64,000 bases of DNA from Desulfatiglandales bacterium (GCA_963662465.1 OY759599.1:2976001-3040000), one strand, 5' to 3'; positions 21,309 through 32,108 are shown, counted from the first letter of the stretch. Numbers and translations: made by a program. Notes: generated by a model not told the origin, from the letters alone.

Positions 21309-22475
21309 TTACGAAACCGGCAGTCTAACAGCAAATGTCGTTCCTTTTCCTAATTGGCTTTCAAAAGAAATGCTCCCCCCTAACTTTTGAATGATGTTGC
21401 GGCTGATGGGAAGGCCTAAACCCGTCCCTTTCCCAGATGGTTTGGTGGTAAAAAAATACTCGTAAATTTTTTTCTGATCTTCCTCGGAAATACCAATGCC
21501 CGTATCGGAAATATTGATTTCCACCATGGAAACACCCCCAACATCACAAAGAGAGCTTTCCAGTGTAATCCGTCCCCCCTTGCCGGATTTCTCCTTCACG
21601 GCATATACCGCATTGGAGATGAAATTCACGAAGACCTGTTCCAGTAATCGCTTGTCCGAATTAATAAAAACAGGTCCTTCCATAAAATCGAAAACAATTT
21701 CGACATCCGTAAATTTCAGCTCGGGGGTCAGCAAACTGACTGATTCCTTCAGAAGTTCATGCGCATCCAGTGAAGTCGTTGAAAGTTTTGAGTCTCGAAC
21801 GAAACTCAGCAGTTGGTGGGTAATGTCCCTGCAGCGTTTGGTCTGTTCGCTAATATGGCGAACAGACGTCTTGATTTCTTCCCGATCTTCCTGGCCCAAG
21901 TCTTCAGAGTCGCTGGCCACCGCACCGATCCAACCGGCAATCTCCCCGATAACCGCCACGGGATTGTTAAGTTCATGAACGATTCCGGAAGCAATGCGTC
22001 CCACCTCCGCCAAACGGTCCACCCGAATGAGGTCTTCCTTAAACTTTCGCCAGGCGGTCACATCTCGACACACGCCTATTGTGCCAATGATTTCCTCATG
22101 GCTGTTGGTCAGGGGCGTCAGGGCCATTCGACAATAAACGCGGCGACCTGTTTTATGCCAAAAGGAGAATTCTTCACAAACCACACTCCCTTGGCGCGTG
22201 CATTGGGCCACCAGCTTATCAAACGCCCCGGGGTCTACCGCCAGGTCTTTCATTTTCCGACCGGACAGCTCACCCCGAGTATACCCCAATACCGCCTCTC
22301 CCCCTTTACTAAAGGAAACCGGAACATCCTCTGAATCAGTTCTGAAAATCATGTCCCTTGAATTTTCCAGTACGCAATCCAGATAGGCCCTGGCCTGATG
22401 AAGTTCCTCCTTTTTGTTGGAGAGGACCTGGGTCGTTTTTTTCAGTTTTGCCTGGAGTTCCTCACTCGAGTCCAT
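21309..22475 (-). CDS. Cytoplasmic PAS sensor histidine kinase
   Basis: PAS, H-box VHELNNP, N-box, DTGIGI, GKGTGLGL. Confidence 0.9.
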   Translation of the reverse strand: MDSSEELQAKLKKTTQVLSNKKEELHQARAYLDCVLENSRDMIFRTDSEDVPVSFSKGGEAVLGYTRGELSGRKMKDLAVDPGAFDKLVAQCTRQGSVVCEEFSFWHKTGRRVYCRMALTPLTNSHEEIIGTIGVCRDVTAWRKFKEDLIRVDRLAEVGRIASGIVHELNNPVAVIGEIAGWIGAVASDSEDLGQEDREEIKTSVRHISEQTKRCRDITHQLLSFVRDSKLSTTSLDAHELLKESVSLLTPELKFTDVEIVFDFMEGPVFINSDKRLLEQVFVNFISNAVYAVKEKSGKGGRITLESSLCDVGGVSMVEINISDTGIGISEEDQKKIYEYFFTTKPSGKGTGLGLPISRNIIQKLGGSISFESQLGKGTTFAVRLPVS

Positions 22476-22956
22476 AAATCTTGCGCAGTTTGTTCATGGC
22501 CCTTTTGATGCCCCTGGCACCCAGCCCTGAACGATAGATTTCCTCCACTTCGTCTCTGAATTTTGCATTTTGCAACTGCATTTTGGTCTCATAGGCCTCA
22601 TTGATGGTCTCCAGCAGATTATCGTATTCAATGGGCTTGAGCAAATATTTAAAAGCGTTTTCTCGACCGCTTTCCAGGGCCGAATCAATGGTACCGTGCC
22701 CGGTCAGGACGATGCTCTGAAGAAACGGCTGAACCTTCTTGAGCCTTTTCTGGGTCTCGACGCCGTCCATACCCGGCATTTTGAGATCCACAACAGCCAC
22801 ATCAAAGTCATCGTTATTGGCCACTTCAATTGCTTCCTCGCCTGAAAAAGTAGCCTTTACAGTATATCCTTCCCTCAAAAGGCGTTTTGAGAGATATTCA
22901 ACAAGAGTTTCTTCATCATCAACAAGCAGCACACGGATATCAGATTTTTCGCTCAT
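22462..22956 (-). CDS. Response regulator (receiver plus short C-terminal helix)
   Basis: VDDE, VVDLKMPG, LTGHG, LKP. Confidence 0.9.
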   Translation of the reverse strand: MSEKSDIRVLLVDDEETLVEYLSKRLLREGYTVKATFSGEEAIEVANNDDFDVAVVDLKMPGMDGVETQKRLKKVQPFLQSIVLTGHGTIDSALESGRENAFKYLLKPIEYDNLLETINEAYETKMQLQNAKFRDEVEEIYRSGLGARGIKRAMNKLRKIYGLE

Positions 22957-23185
22957 AGCAGGCGACTCCTTCGGATTGGGTTGGAATTTGAAAAAATACT
23001 TTGAAAGAGGCGAACATTTACTGTCTCAAACATACTTCCCAAAACCATGCTTTGTCAACTGTTTTAAATACGCAGACCTCGTAAACTGTTTGGCCCCAAA
23101 AATGGCTAGGGTATAGAACCTTATTTCCTAAAAACCTGTCACAAAAGCAAGAAATCCGTTGGCGGAAAGAGTTAAAGCTGAAACC

Positions 23186-25426
23186 CTAAAACTGCGTCTG
23201 GGCGTGAGGCAGTGATATATGAATGATGAGTTCGCCCGATTCTTCGAGGCTGACGTCGATCACGCCGCCGTGTTTGTCCACCACAATTTTGGACATGGGG
23301 AGATCTGCGGTATCATACCCCATCTGGGACGTGGTGAAAGGATAGAAGAAGTGTTCTACATCGTCAGGCGCCATATGCTGGACGGGATACCGCATGACCA
23401 GATTGAACATTTCATTTTCCTGAAATGTCGAAACAAACAGCGTTGCCCCTTCCTGCATCTGATTCAGAGCTTGTTTAACCAGGGTCTCCGCTGCCAGTTC
23501 TATCTGCGACCGATCAACGGAAATCTCTGGAAGTCCGGGAGCCAATTGGAGATCTAAGTGTACATTTCTCTCCTTGATCTCCGATTCCACGGCACTCAAG
23601 GCCCTTTCAAGCAGCTGGTTTGGAGCGGTCAGCGACTTCTCCAGTTCGAATGGATGGATGTAGTTCAGCATCATGCGCAGAATAATCTCCAGCCGACCCA
23701 CTTCTTTCACGATAATCTCCACTTTCGCCCTGTTGGGATCCTCCCGGCTCATGGACAACAAGAGCCGTCGCGCGAACCCGCCGGCAGACACCAGCGGGTT
23801 GCGAATTTCGTGGGCCAGCCGAGCTGAAACTTCACTGATCGTCTTAAGTCCTTCCGTCCGGACAAGCTTTTCCTGTAACTTCACCCTGCCGGTCACGTCC
23901 ATGATGATGCCGTCCACACTGCTGATCAGGCCGTCAGTCGCCTCAAAGGGAATGGCGTGATCCATTACGTAAACGATACTGCCGTTCTTATGTTTGACGC
24001 GATACTCGGCGATAAACGCTTTGCCCTCCCGGAAACTCTTCTCCCGGAGCTTTTCCACCTTGACCCGGTCTTCATCGTAAACTCTTTCATACCACAGCTC
24101 AGGGTTGCGGAATATCTCGGCAGGGCTGTATCCGAATGTCTTTTCCACGAAATAATTGACAAAAAGGGTCTCCCCCCTCGACCCCATTCGATAGACCACG
24201 AGCGGCACATTCTCCACAAGCGTTCGGTACTTTTCCTCGGACTCAACGAGATCGGCGGTACGCTGCCGCACCAATTCCCCAAGGTGATCGCGGTGTTTTC
24301 TCAATTCCTCGTCTGCTCGCTTGCGCTCCATAAATCTCCACATACCTTGCATCAGCAATGTCAGTTGGCGGACATCCGATTTATCGTATTCCCCATCTTT
24401 GTTTCCCACACCCGCCACGGCGACAATTCGATCTCCATCAAACACCGGAATACTCATATGTCGATTTAGATGAACATGGCCTTTTGGATACCCTTTCTTA
24501 AGAGGATCCGGAGCGGCGTAATCATTGGTAATAATGGGCTTCCGTTGCCTGACCGCCTCACCCCAAAACCCTGTTTTTTCTAGTGGATAAACAATTGGTT
24601 TGTCTCTAATGGCGCATTCCGCCATCGCACTTTTGGACCAGGAATGCATTGTGAGAACCGTTGCGTCCTCGTTCGTGAATGCGAGATATCCAATCTTGCT
24701 TCTGGTGAGCCTGATCGCTTTTTCAAGGGCAAAGTCCGTGATTTCATCCAATGATGCTTCAGCCATTTGGCTGAATTTCAACAAAGTTTCGAGACGAGAC
24801 TCGTCCAGGCGGAGCGCCTCCTCGACCAGATTGCGCTCATCTATTTCCTGCCCCAGGCTTTTGTTGGTTTCCTCCAGTTGAGCGGTTCGCTCCTTCACGA
24901 TCACCTCAAGATGGTCGCGGTATTTCTTCAATTCATCCTCAGCCTGCTTGCGCTCGGTAATGTCCTCGAGCATCCCGTCTAAATATTTGATTTCGCCCGA
25001 CTCGTCGCGGATAACGGTGACTGTAGCTGCGGCCCAGATGGGTGTGCCGTCGCGCTTCTTCAGCTGCAGTTTCTCCTCTGCGACGTGACCCTGAGCGAGC
25101 AGCTTCTCGGAAAAGGCTTTACGCTCGGCCGGGTCCCCGTAGGTATCAGCCACAGATATCTGAAAAAACTCCTCGACCGTCTCATATCCGAACATCCGCA
25201 AAAGAGCTGGGTTCGCCATCATAAACCTTCCCTTAGAGCCAGGCGTGTTTCGGTACAACCCAACAGGGATGTTCTGGATTAGCCCACGATACCGCTCTTC
25301 ACTCTCCCGTAACGCTTCCTCCATCCGCCCACGTTCAGCTTCCGATGCTTCCTGCCTGGTGGCGCGTTGGCGTAACTTCACCAGTTCATCTATGAGTTGC
25401 TCTTTTGTTTTATCTTTATCTTTCAT
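23186..25426 (-). CDS. PAS-GAF-PAS histidine kinase with degenerate ATP-binding domain
   Basis: H-box AHEIRNPL intact; N, G1 and G2 boxes replaced. Confidence 0.8.
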   Translation of the reverse strand: MKDKDKTKEQLIDELVKLRQRATRQEASEAERGRMEEALRESEERYRGLIQNIPVGLYRNTPGSKGRFMMANPALLRMFGYETVEEFFQISVADTYGDPAERKAFSEKLLAQGHVAEEKLQLKKRDGTPIWAAATVTVIRDESGEIKYLDGMLEDITERKQAEDELKKYRDHLEVIVKERTAQLEETNKSLGQEIDERNLVEEALRLDESRLETLLKFSQMAEASLDEITDFALEKAIRLTRSKIGYLAFTNEDATVLTMHSWSKSAMAECAIRDKPIVYPLEKTGFWGEAVRQRKPIITNDYAAPDPLKKGYPKGHVHLNRHMSIPVFDGDRIVAVAGVGNKDGEYDKSDVRQLTLLMQGMWRFMERKRADEELRKHRDHLGELVRQRTADLVESEEKYRTLVENVPLVVYRMGSRGETLFVNYFVEKTFGYSPAEIFRNPELWYERVYDEDRVKVEKLREKSFREGKAFIAEYRVKHKNGSIVYVMDHAIPFEATDGLISSVDGIIMDVTGRVKLQEKLVRTEGLKTISEVSARLAHEIRNPLVSAGGFARRLLLSMSREDPNRAKVEIIVKEVGRLEIILRMMLNYIHPFELEKSLTAPNQLLERALSAVESEIKERNVHLDLQLAPGLPEISVDRSQIELAAETLVKQALNQMQEGATLFVSTFQENEMFNLVMRYPVQHMAPDDVEHFFYPFTTSQMGYDTADLPMSKIVVDKHGGVIDVSLEESGELIIHISLPHAQTQF

Positions 25427-25490
25427 CCTGTTTCCCCTTAAGAAAAAGATTTAAAAGAGCGTCCCTCTTTTGCTGATCCCACGCTCTCCA

Positions 25491-27287
25491 TTAATTTCCA
25501 TACAGCGCTTCAATCTCCGGCATGTACCGCTCCAGCACATTTCGCCGTTTCAACTTCATGGTCTGGGTCAACATGCCGTTTTCAAATAAAAAGGTTTCTT
25601 TCAAAAACAGAAATTTCCTCGGGATTTCATACCCGCCGAATTTTCCCTTTAAGTGGTTTTTGATCGCGTTTTCGATCATTTCCCACACCCGCGGGTTTTG
25701 AACCAGTGCCTCGGGGTCATTGGCCAGGTTGTTTTCCCTTGCATACTTTTCCAGCACCCCAAAGTCCGGAACCACCAAGGCGATATTATAGTCCCGACCT
25801 TCGCCATAGACCATCACACTTTCAACTAAAGGCAGCAGTTTTATATCCTCTTCCAGGGCCGAAGGAAAAACATATTTTCCGTTCACCAGCTTGTACTGCT
25901 CCTTGATGCGCCCCGTAATAAAGAGATACCCCTCTTCATCCAGACGCCCCCGGTCCCCGGTCCTGAAGCCCCCATCTTCGGTCATCACCTCTTTGGTAGC
26001 CTCCGCCTTGTTGTGGTAGCCCTGCATAACATTGGGGCCATAAACGATGATCTCCCCATCGTCCCGCCCATCTTCCGTTGAGAACTTGTCGATCGCCACC
26101 CGCACCTGGTCAATAGGACGTCCCACGCTACCGGGCTTGTGGGCCGTTGGGCAGTTCATGGTGACCGCCGGCGTGGTCTCGGTAAGCCCGTAGCAGTCGT
26201 AGACCGGAACCCCGATATCGGAGAAAAAATGGCTGATCTCCACATTCATGGTAGCGCTGCCGCTGAGGGTCCCCGTAAGCCTTCCCCCAAACCGCCGGCG
26301 GATCTTACTGAACACAACGGCATCGGCCAGCTTAAATTTGAGGTCCGTCAGAAAACAGGTTTTCCCTTGCTCAGCCAGCTCCCGACGTTTTTTGGCGCTG
26401 TCAATACCCATGGTGAAAAGCATCTTGGCAAGCCCCCCCGTTTCATTCATCTTGGCCCATACAGCATCGTAAATTTTGTTAAACACCTTGGGCACGGCAA
26501 TGAGGAATGTGGGGGTTACTTTCGCCATATCCTCCGCAATGGTCGTGGCGTTTTCAATAAAACCCAGCGACCCACCCACGTGGAGATAAAAATACAGTTC
26601 ACCGGTTTGGCCAAAAGAGTGGGCCCACGGCAGGATGGACAGACCCCGATCATCCTTGCTCAATTGAGGATACAGCTTTCCCCCGGCCAGAACATTGCTC
26701 GTAAAATTGCCGTGGGAAAGAAGCACTCCCTTGGGACTCCCGGTGGTGCCCGAGGTATAAATCAAAACGGCGATATCGGAGGGGTCGGGGCGAATGGATT
26801 TCACTGGAGTTTCTTTCCCCAGCCGTTCCAATTCAGCCATTGCTTTTTCACCCTCGGCATCAATGATGAAAACCTTTTCAAGGGCGGGAGTTTCATCCTT
26901 GAACGTCATTATTTTTTCATAGATCGCCGGTGAAGATACCAGCAATACCTTGATACCACTGTCGTTGATGATGTGTTTCCAGATTTTCACCAGTTCGTTT
27001 TCATACATGGGAATGTATCGGGCGCCCAGACCATAGGCGGCAAAAGCAGCAATGGCCCACTCGCTTCGGTTGTTGGCGATAATGCCCACAGCCTCGCCCC
27101 TTTCAACGCCCACCCGGGCCAGGCCGCCGCGCAGGTTGTCAATTCGCTCGCCTAACTCCCGGTAAGTCATCCATTCATAGTTGCCCTCCGCGTTCTTCTT
27201 GCCGAAAACGGCCCGGTCCCCATGCTTATCGACGCTGGTTTCAATGAGATCCACCAGGTTGTCCGGTTTGTCGTACCGATATGCCAT
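25491..27287 (-). CDS. fadD: Long-chain fatty acid--CoA ligase (AMP-dependent synthetase)
   Basis: YTSGTTGSPKGV, YGLTET, FRTGDRG, LTQTMKLKR. Confidence 0.88.
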   Translation of the reverse strand: MAYRYDKPDNLVDLIETSVDKHGDRAVFGKKNAEGNYEWMTYRELGERIDNLRGGLARVGVERGEAVGIIANNRSEWAIAAFAAYGLGARYIPMYENELVKIWKHIINDSGIKVLLVSSPAIYEKIMTFKDETPALEKVFIIDAEGEKAMAELERLGKETPVKSIRPDPSDIAVLIYTSGTTGSPKGVLLSHGNFTSNVLAGGKLYPQLSKDDRGLSILPWAHSFGQTGELYFYLHVGGSLGFIENATTIAEDMAKVTPTFLIAVPKVFNKIYDAVWAKMNETGGLAKMLFTMGIDSAKKRRELAEQGKTCFLTDLKFKLADAVVFSKIRRRFGGRLTGTLSGSATMNVEISHFFSDIGVPVYDCYGLTETTPAVTMNCPTAHKPGSVGRPIDQVRVAIDKFSTEDGRDDGEIIVYGPNVMQGYHNKAEATKEVMTEDGGFRTGDRGRLDEEGYLFITGRIKEQYKLVNGKYVFPSALEEDIKLLPLVESVMVYGEGRDYNIALVVPDFGVLEKYARENNLANDPEALVQNPRVWEMIENAIKNHLKGKFGGYEIPRKFLFLKETFLFENGMLTQTMKLKRRNVLERYMPEIEALYGN

Positions 27288-27458
27288 GTGATTCCCCCCT
27301 TTGCTTGTTTAGGCCCTACGGATTCATTTCATAGCTTTCTTTCAAACAGACCACATGATTTTCCCATATATTCTGAAAGCGTTCCCTTTTTTGTATCATT
27401 TCTTATCTCAAAATATAACCCATAAGTCAGTGAAACAAAACCGCTGCGAGACCATCAA

Positions 27459-27833
27459 TCAATGGAGTCCTATCGAGGCCTCATAATTTTTCTCAATAAG
27501 GCTTTCAGGAGAAAACCCGATCTGCGAAAAGAACTCTCTTAAATCCACACATCTAACACAAACAATCGTTTTATTTTTTCCAACCACATACTTTAAATGC
27601 TGTCCACAAAGATCTTGCCCCCGCATCCCGCTAAGCAGTTTGATTTTCCCTTTCGACCTTTTACCCTCAATCGTCAAATTAAAGGTGGGTTCTCCCTCTT
27701 TTTTCGCAGCCCAGTGAGTATTTTCCGCACTGATACATTGTTCCGCTAATTGTTTAAATGATAATCCCATGATGATTCCCTTGGTATCTAATCCGTTTGA
27801 TATCCGGTATGCCCGTCTCCTATCATTTTTCAT
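27459..27833 (-). CDS. Hypothetical protein in an AT-rich segment
   Basis: 124-aa ORF only; no recognised motif. Confidence 0.4.
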   Translation of the reverse strand: MKNDRRRAYRISNGLDTKGIIMGLSFKQLAEQCISAENTHWAAKKEGEPTFNLTIEGKRSKGKIKLLSGMRGQDLCGQHLKYVVGKNKTIVCVRCVDLREFFSQIGFSPESLIEKNYEASIGLH

Positions 27834-28003
27834 AAACGAATATGAGCAATAGTGTCAACCTTGAAGAGAAAGTGAAATGTATATCATCCTTTTGTATTGT
27901 ACCGAGGGAATTTTTCATTGTTATTTTTCTATTTTGCCTTTATATAAGGGGTCTCTCTGTTCCAATCCAGCCTTATAAATTCTGAGAATTTCGGAGGTAT
28001 TTC

Positions 28004-28273
28004 ATGGCAAAATTTTATGCGTTTCATTTTACAGAAGGCTGCAGAATGCCCGCTTTGAGTCCCGAACAGGCAGCAGGCCTCAAGCAGGCCATCGGTGAGG
28101 CAATGGGAAAAATGCCCGGAGTAATATTTAATGGTGTGATGTGGAACCCCGATACGGCTATTGCCGTCGCAGATATCGACGCCCCCGATCTCCAAACGGC
28201 ACAGGCGTTTTGCAAAACGATTAACTCCCCCCCCTTTGATACAATTGTGCCGGTTGAACCCTTAGCGCTGTAA
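28004..28273 (+). CDS. Small hypothetical protein (possibly DUF4242-like)
   Basis: GGAGGT RBS; 89 aa with a D/EAPD motif. Confidence 0.6.
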   Translation: MAKFYAFHFTEGCRMPALSPEQAAGLKQAIGEAMGKMPGVIFNGVMWNPDTAIAVADIDAPDLQTAQAFCKTINSPPFDTIVPVEPLAL

Positions 28274-28374
28274 ACAGAACCAAAAAAATATTGGATTGGA
28301 ACAGAGACCCCTTTAAAACAATCAAAAACGCTTCAAGAAATATATGAACGACCAAGTCATGCCGGAGGTGACTC

Positions 28375-28674
28375 ATGAACACACTTTCAAATGATCCATG
28401 CAATAACTGTGGAATCTGTTGTTTGACTTTTCCACTTCCTCCCTTCGATGCCAACGAATTGGTAAAAGCGCCGGATACGCTCCTCCAACAAGTTGACGCC
28501 TACGCTCACAGTGCTCGCTATCGAAATTCCAATCCGTGTCTTTGGCTGGATCTCGATTCCGGCAAGTGCAAACACCACAGATTTCGGCCGGTCCTTTGTC
28601 GATGGTTCGAACCTGGGTGTCCGGCATGCAACAACCTTCGTGTCAAAGCCGGTCTTCCGAAGCTTGCAGCGTGA
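28375..28674 (+). CDS. YkgJ/CxxCxxCC family cysteine-cluster protein
   Basis: CNNCGICC..CLWL..C..RPVLCRWF; GGAGGT RBS. Confidence 0.85.
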   Translation: MNTLSNDPCNNCGICCLTFPLPPFDANELVKAPDTLLQQVDAYAHSARYRNSNPCLWLDLDSGKCKHHRFRPVLCRWFEPGCPACNNLRVKAGLPKLAA

Positions 28675-28684
28675 GTGAGGGGAT

Positions 28685-29299
28685 ATGCTATTTGAAAAAA
28701 ATGAAAATATCTCAACGCTGGACGACGTTCTCAAATCGAGCTGGAGAACTCTCCATAATGGCGTTCAAAATTTCAGGCATCCGTTTCACAGACCAACCCT
28801 TACCACCATGGATGACGATAAACCCCAAGCACGGATTGTCATCCTGAGGGGGTTTTCAGAAAAAGACCGAACATTGATATGTCACTGCGATGCCCGAAGT
28901 CCCAAGGTTTCACAAATCCAGGATAATCCCAATGTAACCTGGTTGTTCTATCATCCTGAAAAATGGATGCAGGTGCGTCTTTCCGGAACCGCTTCGGTCC
29001 ATACCGACGATAAAACGGCTGAATCCCAATGGGAAAAGGTGCGCCTGACCCATCGCATAAACTACTGCGCCGAAATCCCGCCGGGTTCCCCCACGGAAAA
29101 ACCGACTTCAGGTCTACCGGGTTTGCTCCGCGATAAAACGACTAAACTGCTTAACCATCCGGAGGCCCGTAAAAATTTTGCCGCCATTGTCTGCCGATTT
29201 GATCAACTGGATTGGCTGCTGTTGAAATTGACGGGTCACATCCGGGCTAAATTTCATTGGGAAGATCATCGCGTAAACGCGTCCTGGGTAACCCCCTAA
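28685..29299 (+). CDS. Pyridoxamine 5'-phosphate oxidase-like FMN-binding protein
   Basis: PQARIVILRG, DARSPKV, QVRLSG, C-terminal WVTP. Confidence 0.85.
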   Translation: MLFEKNENISTLDDVLKSSWRTLHNGVQNFRHPFHRPTLTTMDDDKPQARIVILRGFSEKDRTLICHCDARSPKVSQIQDNPNVTWLFYHPEKWMQVRLSGTASVHTDDKTAESQWEKVRLTHRINYCAEIPPGSPTEKPTSGLPGLLRDKTTKLLNHPEARKNFAAIVCRFDQLDWLLLKLTGHIRAKFHWEDHRVNASWVTP

Positions 29300-29302
29300 G
29301 CC

Positions 29303-30514
29303 ATGACCCATACCCGACAAACTCCCAATCGCTTAATTTCCCTTGCCGCTCCCTGCATGGCCATCTTTTGGCCGGGAGTGTTTATTTTTGGATTCCCAGG
29401 CATAATGGCGCCCTACTGGCGGGAAACCTTTGATGTCGGGCGCGGTGAAGTTGGGCGGACCCTTTTCTTTTTGCTGGCTGCCGTGGGAACCTTCATGGTG
29501 GTATCCGGACAACTTCAGAAGCGGATAAGGCCCCGGAACCTAGTGCTTTTCGGATCTATTCTCTGTGGGTCGAGTATGTTTTTGGCCGGAGCCGCCAAAG
29601 GGATGTCCATGATTTATTTGTGGGCTTTTCTGACGGGAACTTCAGTATCCTTTATCCTCATCCCGGCACTTTCCATTGCACAGCAGTGGTATCCCGAAAG
29701 ACGTGGACTTGCCTCGGGTATGGTCAATCTGGCTTTCGGCCTTTCCGCTGCCGTAATGTCGCCGCCCATCGCTTACTGGATGAATGGCTTGGGTTATCTG
29801 AGGACGACGCAAATCCTGGGCGTTTGTGCCCTGTTGACGGGACTCGCGACAATCCCTTTTCTGCGACGCCCATCTTCGGCTTTCTTATCCGTCTCCGCAA
29901 AGGCGGGGCCTTCTTCAAAAAGCATGCATCCCCTGACCCTGCCGCAGATTCTGCAAACTCACAGTTTCTGGTGTATATGGCTGGTTTGGGGTTTTGCCGG
30001 AGCAGCCGGCATTTCCACCGTCACACTGTCCACCACCTTCGGCCTTGCCAGGGGCTTAACCATGGAAAAGGCCGTCCTGCTTTTGACCGCCTTTAATATC
30101 ACCAACGGCACCAGCCGGCTGATTACGGGTTATTTCTCCGATGCCGTGGGTCGCCGCCTGACCATGGGGATTACGTTTGCCATTGCCGGCGTAGGGTATG
30201 GGTTGTTGCCCCATGTAACGAGTTTAACCGCCTGGCTTGTCATAGCCGCCATGGTGGGTTTTTCCTTCGGAACGCTTTTTGCGGTTTCAGCACCCTTGAT
30301 TGTGGATTGCTTTGGGATGGAAAATTTCGGCACTGCATTTGGTATGGTTTTCACGGCTTATGCCTTTGTGGCCGGCCCTCTGGGACCCTGGCTAAGCGGC
30401 TATCTGCTGGACCATACATCCGGGGATTTCACCCTCATTTTTCATTACCTGGGAGTTCTCTGCCTTCTTTCCGCCTTTCTGGTTCGATATGTAACGCCAC
30501 CGAAGCCTTCATAA
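29303..30514 (+). CDS. MFS transporter, OFA-like
   Basis: About 12 TM helices, WYPERRGLASG, GYFSDAVGRR. Confidence 0.88.
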   Translation: MTHTRQTPNRLISLAAPCMAIFWPGVFIFGFPGIMAPYWRETFDVGRGEVGRTLFFLLAAVGTFMVVSGQLQKRIRPRNLVLFGSILCGSSMFLAGAAKGMSMIYLWAFLTGTSVSFILIPALSIAQQWYPERRGLASGMVNLAFGLSAAVMSPPIAYWMNGLGYLRTTQILGVCALLTGLATIPFLRRPSSAFLSVSAKAGPSSKSMHPLTLPQILQTHSFWCIWLVWGFAGAAGISTVTLSTTFGLARGLTMEKAVLLLTAFNITNGTSRLITGYFSDAVGRRLTMGITFAIAGVGYGLLPHVTSLTAWLVIAAMVGFSFGTLFAVSAPLIVDCFGMENFGTAFGMVFTAYAFVAGPLGPWLSGYLLDHTSGDFTLIFHYLGVLCLLSAFLVRYVTPPKPS

Positions 30515-30652
30515 CAGGCCCAACTTCATTAAACCCTCGGCATTTTTCAATGATGAACTGACCATAGACCACCAGCGTAAAAAGTTCGCCCAGATTGGCA
30601 TCCTTGGCATCCTTCATTTCTCAGTTTATATTTACGGGTTTCTCATCATTCC

Positions 30653-30667
30653 CCTGTGAACGGTTAC
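30653..30667 (-). repeat. Dispersed end motif (CCTGTGAACGGTTAC)
   Basis: Identical to 39107-39121 and reverse complement of 32109-32123. Confidence 0.85.
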
Positions 30668-30674
30668 CCCTGGG

Positions 30675-32054
30675 CTATTCGCTTCCTGATTCCAGCCGTC
30701 CGTACTCCCAAAGATTACACATGACCCTTGCAGCACGCTCCGGCGTGGCATAATTGACCAGCGCCCCCGCGTTTTCAAGCGCCTCGATCTGAGCGTCCCA
30801 GATACCCGGCGGCGCCAGGATGCAACTCACCACAGGCTTTTTCTGACCCCATTCCATCAGCAACCCGCTGATTCCCTTCAATGCCTCCACATTGGCGGAT
30901 GCAAACATCATCAAAAACAGAATGCCGTGGACCCTCTCATCGTCCATGACGGCCTGAACAATCCCCTTAATGGCGTCTGAATCATACCAGGCCGGCCCCA
31001 TATCCACCGGATTGGTGCGAAGGGCCAGGGGGGGCAACAGGTCGTTGATTCGGACTTGGGTTTCCCCGCCAAACCGAACGATTTCAATACCTTCCGATTC
31101 ACACACATCGCAGGCGGCCATGGCCGGGCCTGCCTGCCCTGACAGCACCGCCACCCCAGGCCCTTTGGCAATGGGGCATGAGGCCAGGGCCTTGGCCGTA
31201 TCCAGCAAGGCCTGTGTACTGTCAACGGTCAGGATTCCCGCCTGTCTGAAGGCGTCCGTGTAAATTTCATGACGTCCCGCCAGGGAACCCGTATGAGAAC
31301 GGGCCGCTGCGTCCCCAACCGTGCCGCTGCCCGTCTTGTAGGCCACAACAGGCTTTTTTCCCCGGTGACGGGAAGCGGCGGCCAACAGATCTTTGGGAGA
31401 ATCGAGACCCTCCACATAAAGGGCCAGGACCCTGGTATCCGGATCTTCCACAAGATAGTCCACCATTTCCGCAAAATCCACATTCAGCCGGTTGCCCAGA
31501 CCCACAATCTTACTGAAACCCACGCCATCACGCATGGCCAAAAATCCCAGCAGATGAGAAATCCCGCCGCTCTGGCTCACCAACCCGACCGCCCCCGATT
31601 TCAATTGAGAAAACTCCGGGGTAAAGGAAGCGTTCAGACTTGCCATCAGGTTTACCATACCGAATGTGTTGGGTCCGATAACGGGGATGCCTGCCTCATT
31701 GGCAATACCGGCCACTTTCTCGTGGAGTTTTGCGCCGGCCGGATCATCGATCTCTTTGAAACCAGCTGTAATCAGGACAATGCCTCGAACCTTTGCGGTC
31801 GCGCACTCCCTGAAGACTTCCGGGACCCGTTGGGCAGGCACCACCACAACCACAAGGTCAATGACATCCTGAACCGCTGTTACGGAGGGCCATGCCTTGA
31901 AACCGAAAATCTCCCCAGCCCCCGGATTGATGGGGATAACAACACCTTTGAATCCACCATTCACAAGGCTCTTCATCACATGAAACCCGAGTTTTGACGG
32001 GTTATCCGATGCACCGACAACCGCAACCGACTTGGGATTAAACAGGGCATGCAT
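30675..32054 (-). CDS. NDP-forming acyl-CoA synthetase alpha-type (CoA-binding) subunit
   Basis: FNPKSVAVVGAS, GPNTFG, SQSGG, SHTGSLAG phospho-His, NPVD; start MHALF after GAAGGAG. Confidence 0.88.
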   Translation of the reverse strand: MHALFNPKSVAVVGASDNPSKLGFHVMKSLVNGGFKGVVIPINPGAGEIFGFKAWPSVTAVQDVIDLVVVVVPAQRVPEVFRECATAKVRGIVLITAGFKEIDDPAGAKLHEKVAGIANEAGIPVIGPNTFGMVNLMASLNASFTPEFSQLKSGAVGLVSQSGGISHLLGFLAMRDGVGFSKIVGLGNRLNVDFAEMVDYLVEDPDTRVLALYVEGLDSPKDLLAAASRHRGKKPVVAYKTGSGTVGDAAARSHTGSLAGRHEIYTDAFRQAGILTVDSTQALLDTAKALASCPIAKGPGVAVLSGQAGPAMAACDVCESEGIEIVRFGGETQVRINDLLPPLALRTNPVDMGPAWYDSDAIKGIVQAVMDDERVHGILFLMMFASANVEALKGISGLLMEWGQKKPVVSCILAPPGIWDAQIEALENAGALVNYATPERAARVMCNLWEYGRLESGSE

Positions 32055-32108
32055 AACACAATCTCCTTCCTTCTCCATGAACATTTTTTGTCGGATATTC
32101 GATATCTT

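Noticed and set aside
23021..23035. CTGTCTCAAAC shared with 59601-59611 as a common operator
   Set aside because: An 11-bp match can arise by chance in 64 kb; no clear dyad at this copy
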